Positions 13,271 through 22,758 of a stretch of 32,000 nt of DNA are shown in pieces (the stretch's first letter is position 1; every line of letters begins with the position of its first letter). A model generated the notes under the pieces. That model made no database searches. It was given only the letters and a program-made list of their open reading frames with translations, and was not told where the DNA came from. Origin of the DNA: Cupriavidus necator. GTDB taxonomy: Bacteria > Pseudomonadota > Gammaproteobacteria > Burkholderiales > Burkholderiaceae. A program made the translations under genes and the position numbers. The stretch lies in contig NZ_CP066018.1 of the NCBI RefSeq assembly GCF_016127575.1, forward strand, positions 1,800,001-1,832,000, in the 5' to 3' direction.

Positions 13271-13403
13271 GCAACCATCTCCCGGATGCGCTTCGCGGCA
13301 CTTCAACTACCGCCCGTCGCCTCCACACCACACCCCAAGTCACGCAAGCGCCACTACTGCGGCACGCCTGCCTACAACACTGCAGGCGAATCCGCAATTC
13401 ATA

Positions 13404-13432
13404 TTGCCCTTTCCAAACCGCTGCGATATAGT
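13404..13432 (+). promoter_or_regulatory. Candidate strong sigma70 promoter for rplC and the downstream S10-operon genes
   Basis: TTGCCC (13404-13409), exactly 17 nt, TATAGT (13427-13432), with an AT-rich stretch (CAATTCATA) just upstream. Lies about 135 nt before the rplC ATG. Confidence 0.55.
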
Positions 13433-13569
13433 GTAAGGCTACCCGTTTCCTCGGGTAGTGGGCTGGCCACTTTGGCCGCGCGCAGTCTTCTTTAGCGCAA
13501 GCCCACAGCAAACACAGTTTTCGTGTATCAATCAGCCCCGGCCAATCGCAGCTGGGAATGGAGCAAACC

Positions 13570-14220
13570 ATGAGCCTTGGCCTTGTAGGTCGCAAGGTTG
13601 GCATGACCCGTATTTTCACGGACGACGGTGAAGCAATTCCCGTTACCGTGGTCGAGGTCGGCGACAACCGCGTGACGCAAATCAAGACGGACGAGACCGA
13701 CGGTTATACCGCGGTTCAAGTCACCTTCGGCGCACGACGCGCAAGCCGCGTTACCAAGCCGCTGGCGGGTCATCTCGCCAAAGCCGGCGTGGAAGCCGGC
13801 GAAATCATCCGCGAATTCCGTATCGATGCAGCCAAGGCTGCCGAACTGCAAGCTGGCGGTTCGCTGTCGGTCGACCTGTTCGAAGTCGGTCAGAAGATCG
13901 ACGTGCAGGGCGTGACCATCGGTAAGGGCTACGCCGGTACCATCAAGCGCTATCACTTCGCCTCCGGCCGTGCCACCCACGGTAACTCGCGCTCGCACAA
14001 CGTGCCGGGCTCGATCGGTATGGCGCAGGATCCGGGCCGCGTGTTCCCGGGCAAGCGCATGACCGGTCACCTGGGCGATGTCACCCGCACCGTGCAGAAC
14101 CTGGAAATCGCCAAGATCGACGCAGAGCGCAAGCTGCTGCTGGTCAAGGGCGCCATCCCCGGCTCCAAGAACGGCAAGGTCATCGTTACCCCGGCCGTCA
14201 AGGCCAAAGCCAAAGCTTAA
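13570..14220 (+). CDS. rplC: 50S ribosomal protein L3
   Basis: [19 protein letters not shown]...PVTV is the canonical L3 N-terminus. GGAG lies 6 nt upstream of ATG 13570. The ORF-track start at 13558 would add 4 residues. Confidence 0.96.
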   Translation: MSLGLVGRKVGMTRIFTDDGEAIPVTVVEVGDNRVTQIKTDETDGYTAVQVTFGARRASRVTKPLAGHLAKAGVEAGEIIREFRIDAAKAAELQAGGSLSVDLFEVGQKIDVQGVTIGKGYAGTIKRYHFASGRATHGNSRSHNVPGSIGMAQDPGRVFPGKRMTGHLGDVTRTVQNLEIAKIDAERKLLLVKGAIPGSKNGKVIVTPAVKAKAKA

Positions 14221-14232
14221 GGAGCGCATGTA

Positions 14233-14853
14233 ATGGAACTCAAGCTCCTCCAGGACAATGGCCAGATCGGCGCGGGCGTTGACGCTTCGCCCGAAGTGTT
14301 CGGCCGTGACTACAACGAAGCCCTCGTTCACCAGATCGTCGTCGCTTACCAGGCCAACGCTCGCAGCGGTAACCGTAAGCAGAAGGATCGTGAAGAGGTC
14401 AAGCACACGACCAAGAAGCCGTGGCGCCAGAAGGGTACGGGCCGTGCTCGTGCCGGTATGTCTTCCTCGCCGCTGTGGCGCGGGGGCGGCCGTATCTTCC
14501 CGAATTCGCCGGAAGAGAACTTCACCCAGAAGGTCAACAAGAAGATGTTCCGTGCCGGCATGCGCTCGATTTACTCGCAGCTCGCACGTGAAGGTCGTAT
14601 CAACGTGGTGGACGGTTTCACTGTCGACGCGCCCAAGACCAAGCTCTTGGCCGACAAGTTCAAGGCCATGGGCCTGGACTCGGTGCTGATCATCACCGAC
14701 AGCCTCGACGAAAACCTCTACCTGGCTTCGCGCAACCTGCCGCACGTGGCAGTTGTCGAGCCGCGCCAGGCTGATCCGCTGTCGCTCGTGCACTACAAGA
14801 AGGTGCTGGTGACCAAGGCAGCCGTCGCGCAGATCGAGGAGTTGCTGAAATGA
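14233..14853 (+). CDS. rplD: 50S ribosomal protein L4
   Basis: 206 aa with ...[15 protein letters not shown]...SPLWRGGG..F, the L4 signature. Confidence 0.97.
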
Positions 14854-15164
14854 CGCAAGTAGCCAAGAACGATCATCGTTTGATGCAGGTGCTGCTCGCG
14901 CCGGTGGTTTCCGAAAAGGCAACCCTGGTCGCCGACAAGAATGAACAGGTCGTGTTCGAAGTGGCCCGCGATGCCAACAAGGCAGAAGTGAAGGCCGCCG
15001 TCGAACTGCTGTTCAAGGTCGAGGTGCAGTCCGTTCAGATCCTGAACCAGAAGGGCAAGCAGAAGCGTTTTGGCCGTTTCATGGGGCGTCGCAACCACGT
15101 GAAGAAGGCCTACGTTTCGCTGAAGCCGGGTCAGGAAATCAATTTTGAAGCGGAGGCCAAGTAA
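14850..15164 (+). CDS. rplW: 50S ribosomal protein L23
   Basis: 104 aa with ...[11 protein letters not shown]....NQ.VF.V...ANK.EVK.AVE.LF.V.V. Its start overlaps the rplD stop (ATGA). Confidence 0.96.
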
Positions 15165-15166
15165 TC

Positions 15167-15997
15167 ATGGCACTCGTCAAGACCAAGCCGACTTCCCCGG
15201 GTCGTCGCTCGATGGTGAAGGTGGTCAACAAGGACCTTCACAAGGGCGCCCCGCACGCTCCGCTGCTGGAAAAGCAATTCCAGAAGTCGGGCCGTAACAA
15301 CAACGGTCATATCACCACCCGCCACAAGGGCGGTGGTCATAAGCACCACTACCGCGTGGTCGACTTCAAGCGCAACGACAAGGACGGCATCCCCGCCCGC
15401 GTCGAGCGCCTGGAATACGATCCGAACCGCAGCGCCAATATCGCGCTGGTGCTGTTCGCCGACGGCGAGCGCCGCTACATCATCGCCACCAAGGGCATGG
15501 TTGCCGGCCAACCGCTGATGAACGGCTCGGAAGCGCCGATCAAGGCCGGTAACAACTTGCCGATCCGCAACATTCCGGTCGGTACCACGATCAACAACGT
15601 GGAAATGCTGCCTGGCAAGGGTTCGCAGATCGCACGTGCCGCCGGCGGTTCCGCCGTGCTGCTGGCTCGTGAAGGCCTGTACGCCCAGGTTCGCCTGCGC
15701 TCCGGTGAAGTGCGCCGCGTGCACATCGAGTGCCGCGCCACCATCGGTGAAGTGGGCAACGAAGAGCACAGCCTGCGCGTCATCGGCAAGGCCGGTGCGA
15801 CCCGCTGGCGCGGTATCCGCCCGACGGTCCGTGGTGTCGTGATGAACCCGGTCGACCACCCGCACGGTGGTGGTGAAGGCAAGACCGCTGCTGGTCGCGA
15901 TCCGGTTTCGCCGTGGGGTACCCCGGCCAAGGGTTACCGTACCCGCAGCAACAAGCGCACGGACAGCATGATCGTCCAGAAGCGCCACAAGCGTTAA
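15167..15997 (+). CDS. rplB: 50S ribosomal protein L2
   Basis: 276 aa with GRNN.G.IT.RH.GGGHK..YR..DF.R and [13 protein letters not shown]. Confidence 0.98.
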   Translation: MALVKTKPTSPGRRSMVKVVNKDLHKGAPHAPLLEKQFQKSGRNNNGHITTRHKGGGHKHHYRVVDFKRNDKDGIPARVERLEYDPNRSANIALVLFADGERRYIIATKGMVAGQPLMNGSEAPIKAGNNLPIRNIPVGTTINNVEMLPGKGSQIARAAGGSAVLLAREGLYAQVRLRSGEVRRVHIECRATIGEVGNEEHSLRVIGKAGATRWRGIRPTVRGVVMNPVDHPHGGGEGKTAAGRDPVSPWGTPAKGYRTRSNKRTDSMIVQKRHKR

Positions 15998-16019
15998 TCG
16001 GTAGGTAGGAGCTAAAGAT

Positions 16020-16295
16020 ATGACTCGTTCCGCTAAAAAGGGTCCGTTCTGCGACGCCCACCTGCTGAAGAAGGTGGAAGTCGCATCGAGCGGCAAGGAC
16101 AAGAAGCCCATCAAGACTTGGTCGCGTCGCTCGACCATTCTGCCGGAGTTCATTGGCCTGACGATCGCCGTTCACAACGGCCGTCAACACGTGCCGGTGT
16201 ACGTTACGGAAAACATGGTTGGCCACAAGCTCGGTGAATTTGCGATTACCCGCACGTTCAAGGGCCACGCGGCTGACAAGAAAGCGAAGAGGTAA
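16020..16295 (+). CDS. rpsS: 30S ribosomal protein S19
   Basis: [18 protein letters not shown]...[34 protein letters not shown], 91 aa. Confidence 0.98.
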   Translation: MTRSAKKGPFCDAHLLKKVEVASSGKDKKPIKTWSRRSTILPEFIGLTIAVHNGRQHVPVYVTENMVGHKLGEFAITRTFKGHAADKKAKR

Positions 16296-16304
16296 GGTGC
16301 CATC

Positions 16305-16634
16305 ATGGAAGTGAAAGCGATTCATCGCGGTGCCCGCATCTCCGCCCAGAAGACGCGCCTGGTCGCTGACCAGATCCGTGGTCTGCCGATCGAGCGCGCG
16401 CTCAATGTCCTGACGTTCAGCCCGAAAAAGGCTGCCGGGATCGTGAAGAAGGTGGTCGAATCGGCCATCGCCAACGCTGAGCACAACGAAGGCGCCGACA
16501 TCGACGAACTGAAGGTCAAATCGATCTTCGTCGACAAGGCAACCTCGCTCAAGCGCTTCACCGCACGGGCGAAGGGCCGCGGCAACCGCATCGAGAAACA
16601 AACCTGTCACATCACTGTGACGCTCGGCAACTAA
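16305..16634 (+). CDS. rplV: 50S ribosomal protein L22
   Basis: 109 aa with ...[17 protein letters not shown]......[20 protein letters not shown], at the syntenic position. Confidence 0.97.
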   Translation: MEVKAIHRGARISAQKTRLVADQIRGLPIERALNVLTFSPKKAAGIVKKVVESAIANAEHNEGADIDELKVKSIFVDKATSLKRFTARAKGRGNRIEKQTCHITVTLGN

Positions 16635-16643
16635 GGAGTCACG

Positions 16644-17441
16644 ATGGGACAGAAGATTCATCCGACTGGCTTCCGCCTGGCTGTCAGCCGTAACTGGGCT
16701 TCGCGCTGGTACGCCAGCAACACGAAGTTCGCCGGCATGCTGAAGGAAGACATTGAAGTTCGAGACTTCCTGAAGAAGAAGCTGAAGAACGCATCGGTTG
16801 GCCGCGTCGTGATCGAGCGCCCCGCCCGCAATGCACGCATCACCATTTACAGCTCGCGTCCGGGCGTGGTGATCGGCAAAAAGGGTGAGGATATCGAACT
16901 GCTCAAGGCTGAACTGCAGCGTCGCATGGGCGTGCCCGTGCACGTGAACATCGAGGAAATCCGCAAGCCGGAAACCGATGCTCAGCTGATCGCCGATTCG
17001 ATCACCCAGCAGCTCGAGCGCCGCATCATGTTCCGCCGCGCCATGAAGCGCGCCATGCAGAACGCGATGCGCCTGGGCGCCCAGGGTATCAAGATCATGA
17101 GCGCCGGCCGTCTGAACGGTATCGAAATCGCACGTACCGAGTGGTACCGCGAAGGCCGTGTGCCCCTGCACACCCTGCGCGCCGACATCGACTACGGCTT
17201 CTCCGAAGCAGAAACCACCTACGGCATCATCGGTGTCAAGGTGTGGGTCTACAAGGGTGATCACCTCGGCCGCAACGACGCGCCGGTGGTGGAAGAGCCG
17301 CAGGACGACCGTCGTCGTCGCCCGGGTCGTCCGGAAGGCCGCCGCCGTGAAGGCGAAGGCCGTCCGGGTGGCAACCGCCGCGGCGGTGCCGGTGCCGGTC
17401 GCCGCGCTGCGCCTGGCGCAGATGCGAAGAGTGGAGAATAA
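16644..17441 (+). CDS. rpsC: 30S ribosomal protein S3, with an Arg/Gly-rich C-terminal tail
   Basis: [12 protein letters not shown]......W.SRWYA...F...L.ED..VR..L, 265 aa. The KH and S3-C domains are recognisable. The last ~45 aa are low-complexity. Confidence 0.97.
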   Translation: MGQKIHPTGFRLAVSRNWASRWYASNTKFAGMLKEDIEVRDFLKKKLKNASVGRVVIERPARNARITIYSSRPGVVIGKKGEDIELLKAELQRRMGVPVHVNIEEIRKPETDAQLIADSITQQLERRIMFRRAMKRAMQNAMRLGAQGIKIMSAGRLNGIEIARTEWYREGRVPLHTLRADIDYGFSEAETTYGIIGVKVWVYKGDHLGRNDAPVVEEPQDDRRRRPGRPEGRRREGEGRPGGNRRGGAGAGRRAAPGADAKSGE

Positions 17442-17443
17442 CG

Positions 17444-17860
17444 ATGCTGCAACCTAAGCGCAGAAAATACCGCAAGGAGCAGAAAGGCCGCAACACGGGT
17501 AAGGCTACCCGTGGTAACGCCGTGTCTTTCGGCGAATTCGGCCTGAAGGCCATGGGCCGTGGCCGCCTGACCGCTCGTCAGATCGAGTCGGCACGTCGTG
17601 CGATGACCCGCCACATCAAGCGTGGCGGCCGCATCTGGATCCGGATTTTCCCGGACAAGCCGATCTCGAAGAAGCCTGCCGAAGTCCGTATGGGTAACGG
17701 TAAGGGCAATCCGGAGTACTACGTGGCTGAAATCCAGCCGGGTAAGATGCTGTACGAAATGGATGGCGTGAGCGAAGACCTGGCACGTGAGGCGTTCCGC
17801 CTCGCGGCCGCCAAGCTGCCGATCGCCACCAATTTCGTGGTGCGCCAGGTCGGGACGTAA
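17444..17860 (+). CDS. rplP: 50S ribosomal protein L16
   Basis: [48 protein letters not shown], 138 aa. Confidence 0.98.
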   Translation: MLQPKRRKYRKEQKGRNTGKATRGNAVSFGEFGLKAMGRGRLTARQIESARRAMTRHIKRGGRIWIRIFPDKPISKKPAEVRMGNGKGNPEYYVAEIQPGKMLYEMDGVSEDLAREAFRLAAAKLPIATNFVVRQVGT

Positions 17861-17871
17861 GGAGAGCAGGG

Positions 17872-18066
17872 ATGAAAGCATCCGAACTTCGCGGCAAGGA
17901 CGCCGCCGGGCTGAACCAGGAGCTCTCCGAGCTGCTGAAGGCCCAATTTAGCCTGCGCATGCAAAAGGCGACCCAACAGCTGCAGAACACCAGCCAGCTG
18001 AAGAAGGTTCGCAAGGACATCGCGCGTGTGCAAACCGTGCTGACTCAAAAGGCAAACGCGAAATGA
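17872..18066 (+). CDS. rpmC: 50S ribosomal protein L29
   Basis: MKASELRGK....L.QEL.ELLK.QF.LRMQ.A.GQL, 64 aa, at the syntenic position. Confidence 0.95.
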   Translation: MKASELRGKDAAGLNQELSELLKAQFSLRMQKATQQLQNTSQLKKVRKDIARVQTVLTQKANAK

Positions 18067-18341
18067 CTGAAGCTGCACAAACGGAAAAGTCGCTTCGCCG
18101 TACCCTGGTCGGCCGTGTCGTGAGCGACAAGATGGACAAGACCGTTACGGTCTTGGTGGAAAACCGCGTCAAGCATCCTCTGTACGGCAAGTACGTGCTG
18201 CGTTCGAAGAAGTACCACGCACACGACGAAGCCAACCAGTACAAGGAAGGCGACAAGGTCGAGATCCAGGAAGGCCGTCCGCTGTCGCGGACCAAGTCCT
18301 GGGTGGTTTCCCGGCTGGTAGAGGCTGCACGCGTCATCTAA
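18063..18341 (+). CDS. rpsQ: 30S ribosomal protein S17
   Basis: ...[42 protein letters not shown]....GD.V.I.E.RPLS..K.W, 92 aa. Its start overlaps the rpmC stop (ATGA). Confidence 0.97.
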   Translation: MTEAAQTEKSLRRTLVGRVVSDKMDKTVTVLVENRVKHPLYGKYVLRSKKYHAHDEANQYKEGDKVEIQEGRPLSRTKSWVVSRLVEAARVI

Positions 18342-18364
18342 GAACAACACGTTCTTAGCTTGAC

Positions 18365-18400
18365 TTGCAAGTCCAGGATTATGTAGCTATAATCCTGGAC
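18365..18400 (+). promoter_or_regulatory. Near-consensus spc-operon promoter overlapped by a perfect 12-bp inverted repeat (likely the S10-operon terminator hairpin and/or an operator)
   Basis: TTGCAA (18365-18370), 17 nt, TATAAT (18388-18393). GTCCAGGATTAT (18371-18382) pairs perfectly with ATAATCCTGGAC (18389-18400) around a 6-nt loop, followed by TTCCGCTTTGTTG. Confidence 0.6.
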
Positions 18401-18620
18401 TTCCGCTTTGTTGCGTTCGCCTTTGCATTACCACCCGGGCGGGCCTGTGAAGCGAGCCAGGACCGAGCGCCCTCAACAAATAGTTGAGATCGCGTGGTTC
18501 CTACCGACTTCAAAGTTGATCAACCCATACGGAGCTGGCGCAATGCCGGAGCCGACGGGACCAAGACTGACCGATGGGCGCTTTTTGCACCTGACGGATT
18601 AAGTTGGGAAGACAAACACC

Positions 18621-18989
18621 ATGATTCAGACAGAAAGCCGGCTCGAAGTAGCCGATAACACTGGTGCGCGCGAAGTGCTGTGCATCAAGGTGCTGGGTGG
18701 CTCCAAGCGCCGCTACGCAAGCGTTGGCGACATCATCAAGGTGACCGTCAAGGACGCAGCGCCGCGCGGTCGCGTGAAGAAGGGCGACATCTACAACGCC
18801 GTCGTCGTGCGTACCGCCAAGGGCGTGCGCCGCGCTGACGGTTCGCTGATCAAGTTCGACGGCAACGCCGCCGTCCTGCTGAACAACAAGCTCGAGCCGA
18901 TCGGCACCCGTATCTTCGGGCCGGTGACTCGTGAACTCCGTACCGAGCGCTTCATGAAGATCGTGTCGCTCGCTCCGGAAGTGCTGTAA
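18621..18989 (+). CDS. rplN: 50S ribosomal protein L14
   Basis: [48 protein letters not shown], 122 aa. Confidence 0.98.
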
Positions 18990-18998
18990 GGAGCCGCC

Positions 18999-19307
18999 AT
19001 GAACAAGATTCGCAAAGGCGACGAAGTCATTGTGCTGACCGGCAAGGACAAGGGCAAGCGCGGTACCGTGCAAGCCGTCCTGGGTGACAAGGTTGCGGTG
19101 CAAGGCGTGAACATCGCCAAGAAGCATGCCCGCCCGAACCCGATGCTGGGCACTACCGGTGGTGTGGTCGACAAGGTCATGCCCCTGCATATTTCCAACG
19201 TTGCGCTCGTGGATGCCAATGGCAAGCCGTCGCGCGTCGGCATCAAGGTGGAAGACGGCAAGCGCGTGCGCGTGCTGAAGACCACCGGCGCCGTCGTGGC
19301 AGCTTGA
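18999..19307 (+). CDS. rplX: 50S ribosomal protein L24
   Basis: [24 protein letters not shown]....V.V.GVN..KKH.., KOW motif, 102 aa. Confidence 0.97.
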   Translation: MNKIRKGDEVIVLTGKDKGKRGTVQAVLGDKVAVQGVNIAKKHARPNPMLGTTGGVVDKVMPLHISNVALVDANGKPSRVGIKVEDGKRVRVLKTTGAVVAA

Positions 19308-19332
19308 TTCTGGGCACGTATAGGAGTTGAGC

Positions 19333-19875
19333 ATGGCAGCACGTCTGCAAGAGTTTTACAAAGAACAGGTTGTGCCGAAGCTGATCGAACAGTTCGGCTA
19401 CAAGTCGGTCATGGAAGTGCCGCGCATCACCAAGATCACCCTGAACATGGGTCTTGGCGAAGCCATCAATGACAAGAAGATCATTGAGAACGCCGTCGGC
19501 GACCTGACCAAGATCGCCGGTCAGAAGCCGGTCGTGACGAAGGCCAAGAAGGCTATCGCCGGCTTCAAGATCCGTCAGGGCTACCCCATCGGTGCGATGG
19601 TGACCCTGCGCGGCGAGCGCATGTTCGAATTCCTCGATCGTTTCGTTACCGTGGCCCTGCCGCGCGTGCGTGACTTCCGTGGTGTGTCGGGCCGGTCGTT
19701 CGACGGTCGTGGCAACTACAACATCGGTGTGAAAGAGCAGATCATTTTCCCCGAAATCGAGTACGACAAGATCGACGCACTGCGTGGTCTGAACATCAGC
19801 ATCACGACGACGGCAAAGAACGACGAGGAAGCCAAGGCACTCCTCGGTGCGTTCAAGTTCCCGTTCCGCAATTAA
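19333..19875 (+). CDS. rplE: 50S ribosomal protein L5
   Basis: [45 protein letters not shown] lies 6 nt upstream of ATG 19333. The ORF-track start at 19327 is a TTG two codons upstream. Confidence 0.97.
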   Translation: MAARLQEFYKEQVVPKLIEQFGYKSVMEVPRITKITLNMGLGEAINDKKIIENAVGDLTKIAGQKPVVTKAKKAIAGFKIRQGYPIGAMVTLRGERMFEFLDRFVTVALPRVRDFRGVSGRSFDGRGNYNIGVKEQIIFPEIEYDKIDALRGLNISITTTAKNDEEAKALLGAFKFPFRN

Positions 19876-19884
19876 GGGGTAACC

Positions 19885-20190
19885 GTGGCTAAACTGGCTC
19901 TGATTGAACGTGAGAAGAAGCGCGCCAAGCTGGTGGCGAAGTATGCCGCCAAGCGCGCCAACCTCAAGGCCATTATCGATGACCAAGAGAAGTCGGAAGA
20001 AGAGCGTTACAGCGCGCGTCTCGAGCTGCAACAGCTCCCGCGCAACGCGAACCCGACTCGCCAGCGTAACCGCTGCGCGATCACCGGTCGTCCCCGCGGT
20101 ACCTTCCGCAAGTTTGGCCTGGCGCGTAACAAGATCCGCGAAATCGCCTTCAAGGGCGAAATCCCGGGTCTGACGAAAGCCAGCTGGTAA
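19885..20190 (+). CDS. rpsN: 30S ribosomal protein S14 (long, non-zinc form)
   Basis: [26 protein letters not shown]......RN.C..TGRPRG..RKFGL.R.K.RE.A..GEIPG..KASW, 101 aa, GTG start. Confidence 0.96.
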   Translation: MAKLALIEREKKRAKLVAKYAAKRANLKAIIDDQEKSEEERYSARLELQQLPRNANPTRQRNRCAITGRPRGTFRKFGLARNKIREIAFKGEIPGLTKASW

Positions 20191-20217
20191 TTACGCACAG
20201 GCTACAGGAGAAACAGT

Positions 20218-20613
20218 ATGAGCATGAGCGATCCTATCGCCGATATGCTGACGCGCATCCGCAACGCCCAGGGCGTGCAGAAAGCGTCGGTTGTCATGCC
20301 GTCGTCGAAGCTGAAAGTGGCAATCGCCAAGGTCCTGAAGGACGAAGGCTACATCGACGACTACGCCGTCCAGGAAGATGGCGGCAAGGCACAACTGAGC
20401 ATCGGTCTCAAGTACTACGCCGGCCGTCCGGTCATCGAGCGCATTGAGCGCGTCTCGAAGCCCGGCCTGCGCGTGTACAAGGGCCGCAGCGACATCCCGC
20501 AAGTGATGAACGGCCTGGGTGTGGCGATCATTTCGACCCCGCAGGGTCTGATGACCGACCGCAAGGCTCGCGCCACTGGCGTGGGCGGCGAAGTTCTCTG
20601 CTACGTCGCTTAA
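20218..20613 (+). CDS. rpsH: 30S ribosomal protein S8
   Basis: [18 protein letters not shown]......[18 protein letters not shown], 131 aa. Confidence 0.98.
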   Translation: MSMSDPIADMLTRIRNAQGVQKASVVMPSSKLKVAIAKVLKDEGYIDDYAVQEDGGKAQLSIGLKYYAGRPVIERIERVSKPGLRVYKGRSDIPQVMNGLGVAIISTPQGLMTDRKARATGVGGEVLCYVA

Positions 20614-20623
20614 GGAGAGAACC

Positions 20624-21157
20624 ATGTCCCGTGTAGGTAAGGCTCCCATCGCGCTCCCCAAGGGCGCGGAAGTGAACGTGGCGGCTGGCGTGCTCTCCGT
20701 AAAGGGCCCGCTCGGTACGCTGTCGCAGCCGATTCACAGCCTGGTCAAGGTCAATGTCGAGAACGACACGCTGACCTTCAGCCCGGCTGACGAATCGCGT
20801 GAAGCAAACGCTCTGCAGGGCACCATGCGTGCTCTGGTGGCCAACATGGTCAAGGGCGTAACCACCGGTTTCGAGCGCAAGCTGAACCTCGTCGGCGTGG
20901 GCTATCGTGCCCAGCTGCAAGGCGCTGCGCTGAAGCTCCAGCTTGGTTTCTCGCACGACGTGATCCATGAGATGCCGGAAGGCGTGAAGGCGGAAACGCC
21001 GACGCAGACCGAGATCATCATCAAGGGTGCGGACAAGCAGAAAGTCGGTCAGGTTGCCGCGGAAGTCCGCGCGTACCGCCCGCCTGAGCCCTACAAGGGC
21101 AAGGGTGTGCGTTACTCGGACGAGCGCGTCATCCTGAAGGAAACCAAGAAGAAGTAA
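20624..21157 (+). CDS. rplF: 50S ribosomal protein L6
   Basis: MSRVGK.PI.LP.G.EV.......VKGP.G.L...........LVGVGYRA...G..L.L.LGFSH, 177 aa. Confidence 0.97.
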   Translation: MSRVGKAPIALPKGAEVNVAAGVLSVKGPLGTLSQPIHSLVKVNVENDTLTFSPADESREANALQGTMRALVANMVKGVTTGFERKLNLVGVGYRAQLQGAALKLQLGFSHDVIHEMPEGVKAETPTQTEIIIKGADKQKVGQVAAEVRAYRPPEPYKGKGVRYSDERVILKETKKK

Positions 21158-21165
21158 GGGGTGCA

Positions 21166-21525
21166 ATGATGAACAAGAAAGACGCTCGTTTGCGCCGTGC
21201 ACGTCAGACCCGCGCCAAGATCGCGGAGATGAAAGTCAATCGTCTGACCGTGTTCCGTACGAATTCGCATATTTACGCCCAGGTTTTCTCGGAGTGCGGC
21301 ACCAAGGTGCTGGCTTCCGCGTCGACCGCCGAGGTGGAAGTGCGCAAGGAACTGGATGGCAAGGGCGCTACCGCCGCTGCCGCCACCGTGGTTGGCAAGC
21401 GCATCGCCGAGAAGGCGAAGGCTGCCGGCGTGGAAACTGTCGCGTTCGATCGCGCCGGCTTCCGTTTCCATGGCCGCGTCAAGGCCCTGGCAGACGCCGC
21501 CCGCGAAGCCGGCCTGAAGTTCTAA
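21166..21525 (+). CDS. rplR: 50S ribosomal protein L18
   Basis: (M)[18 protein letters not shown]......RL.VFR.N.HIYAQV...[22 protein letters not shown]. The start is ATG 21166 or the adjacent ATG 21169. Confidence 0.96.
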   Translation: MMNKKDARLRRARQTRAKIAEMKVNRLTVFRTNSHIYAQVFSECGTKVLASASTAEVEVRKELDGKGATAAAATVVGKRIAEKAKAAGVETVAFDRAGFRFHGRVKALADAAREAGLKF

Positions 21526-21546
21526 GCGCATAGAGAGAGATACGTC

Positions 21547-22065
21547 ATGGCAAAGATGCAAGCAAAAGTCCAACAGGACGAACGCGACGACGGCCTCCGC
21601 GAGAAGATGATCTCGGTCAACCGCGTCACCAAGGTGGTGAAGGGTGGCCGGATTCTCGGTTTCGCTGCGCTGACCGTGGTTGGTGACGGCGATGGCCGCA
21701 TCGGCATGGGCAAGGGCAAGGCTAAGGAAGTGCCGGTTGCTGTTCAGAAGGCAATGGACGAAGCCCGTCGCAAGATGGTCAAGGTCTCGCTGAAGAACGG
21801 CACGCTGCAACATGAAGTCGTTGGCAAGCACGGCGCCGCCAAGGTGCTGATGATGCCCGCCAAGGAAGGTACCGGCGTGATCGCCGGCGGCCCGATGCGC
21901 GCGATCTTCGAAGTGATGGGCGTCACCAACGTGGTGACCAAGTCGCACGGCTCCACCAACCCGTACAACATGGTTCGTGCCACGCTGGACGGCCTTCAGA
22001 AGATGAGCACGCCGGGCGAAATCGCCGCAAAGCGTGGCAAGTCGGTCGAAGACATCCTGGGTTAA
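21547..22065 (+). CDS. rpsE: 30S ribosomal protein S5
   Basis: ...L.EK.I.VNRV.KVVKGGR...[22 protein letters not shown], 172 aa. Confidence 0.97.
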
Positions 22066-22075
22066 GGTGAACGCA

Positions 22076-22258
22076 ATGTCGCAGAAAACCGTAAAAGTGC
22101 AACTCGTGCGCAGCCTGATCGGCACGCGCGAGGATCATCGCGCCACTGTTCGTGGCCTGGGCCTGCGCCGCATCAACTCGGTGTCGGAGCTGCAGGACAC
22201 GCCCGCTGTGCGCGGCATGATCAACAAGGTCTCGTACCTGGTCAAGGTTCTGGCCTGA
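22076..22258 (+). CDS. rpmD: 50S ribosomal protein L30
   Basis: [58 protein letters not shown], 60 aa. The ATG at 22076 has AAGGTGA upstream. The longer ORF-track start overlaps rpsE and is rejected. Confidence 0.95.
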
Positions 22259-22280
22259 TACCGGGAACTCGGAGAGCAAG

Positions 22281-22715
22281 ATGCAACTGAACAACCTGAA
22301 ACCGGCCGCCGGTTCGAAGCACGCCAAGCGTCGCGTCGGTCGCGGTATCGGCTCCGGCCTTGGCAAGACTGCCGGTCGCGGTCACAAGGGTCAGAAGTCG
22401 CGTTCGGGCGGCTTCCACAAGGTGGGCTTCGAAGGCGGTCAAATGCCGCTGTATCGTCGCCTGCCCAAGCGCGGCTTCACCTCGCTGACCAAGGCGTTCA
22501 ACGCCGAAGTCACGCTGCGTGACATCGAGCGCCTGGAAGCGGCCGAAGTCGACCTGCTGGTCCTGAAGCAAGCTGGCCTGGTGGGCGAGCTGGTCAAGAG
22601 CGCCAAGGTCATCAAGGCTGGCGAACTGACCCGCAAGGTGACGATCAAGGGTCTGGGCGCCACCGCTGGCGCCAAGGCCGCGATCGAAGCCGCCGGCGGC
22701 CAGATCGCAGCCTGA
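22281..22715 (+). CDS. rplO: 50S ribosomal protein L15
   Basis: [12 protein letters not shown]...[27 protein letters not shown]....[16 protein letters not shown], 144 aa. Confidence 0.97.
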
Positions 22716-22758
22716 CAGGCATTTATCGCAGCATAGGCAGTTATAGTCGGAGCATCGT

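Noticed and set aside
13528-14922. 464-aa minus-strand ORF opposite rplC/rplD
   Set aside because: Antisense artefact of conserved ribosomal genes.
15780-17264. 494-aa minus-strand ORF opposite rplB-rpsS-rplV-rpsC
   Set aside because: Same antisense artefact. It crosses four gene boundaries on the opposite strand and has no motif content.
18408-18602. 64-aa ORF in the rpsQ-rplN spacer
   Set aside because: It has no RBS, atypical codon usage for this genome and no recognisable similarity. The region is better explained as the spc-operon 5' leader.
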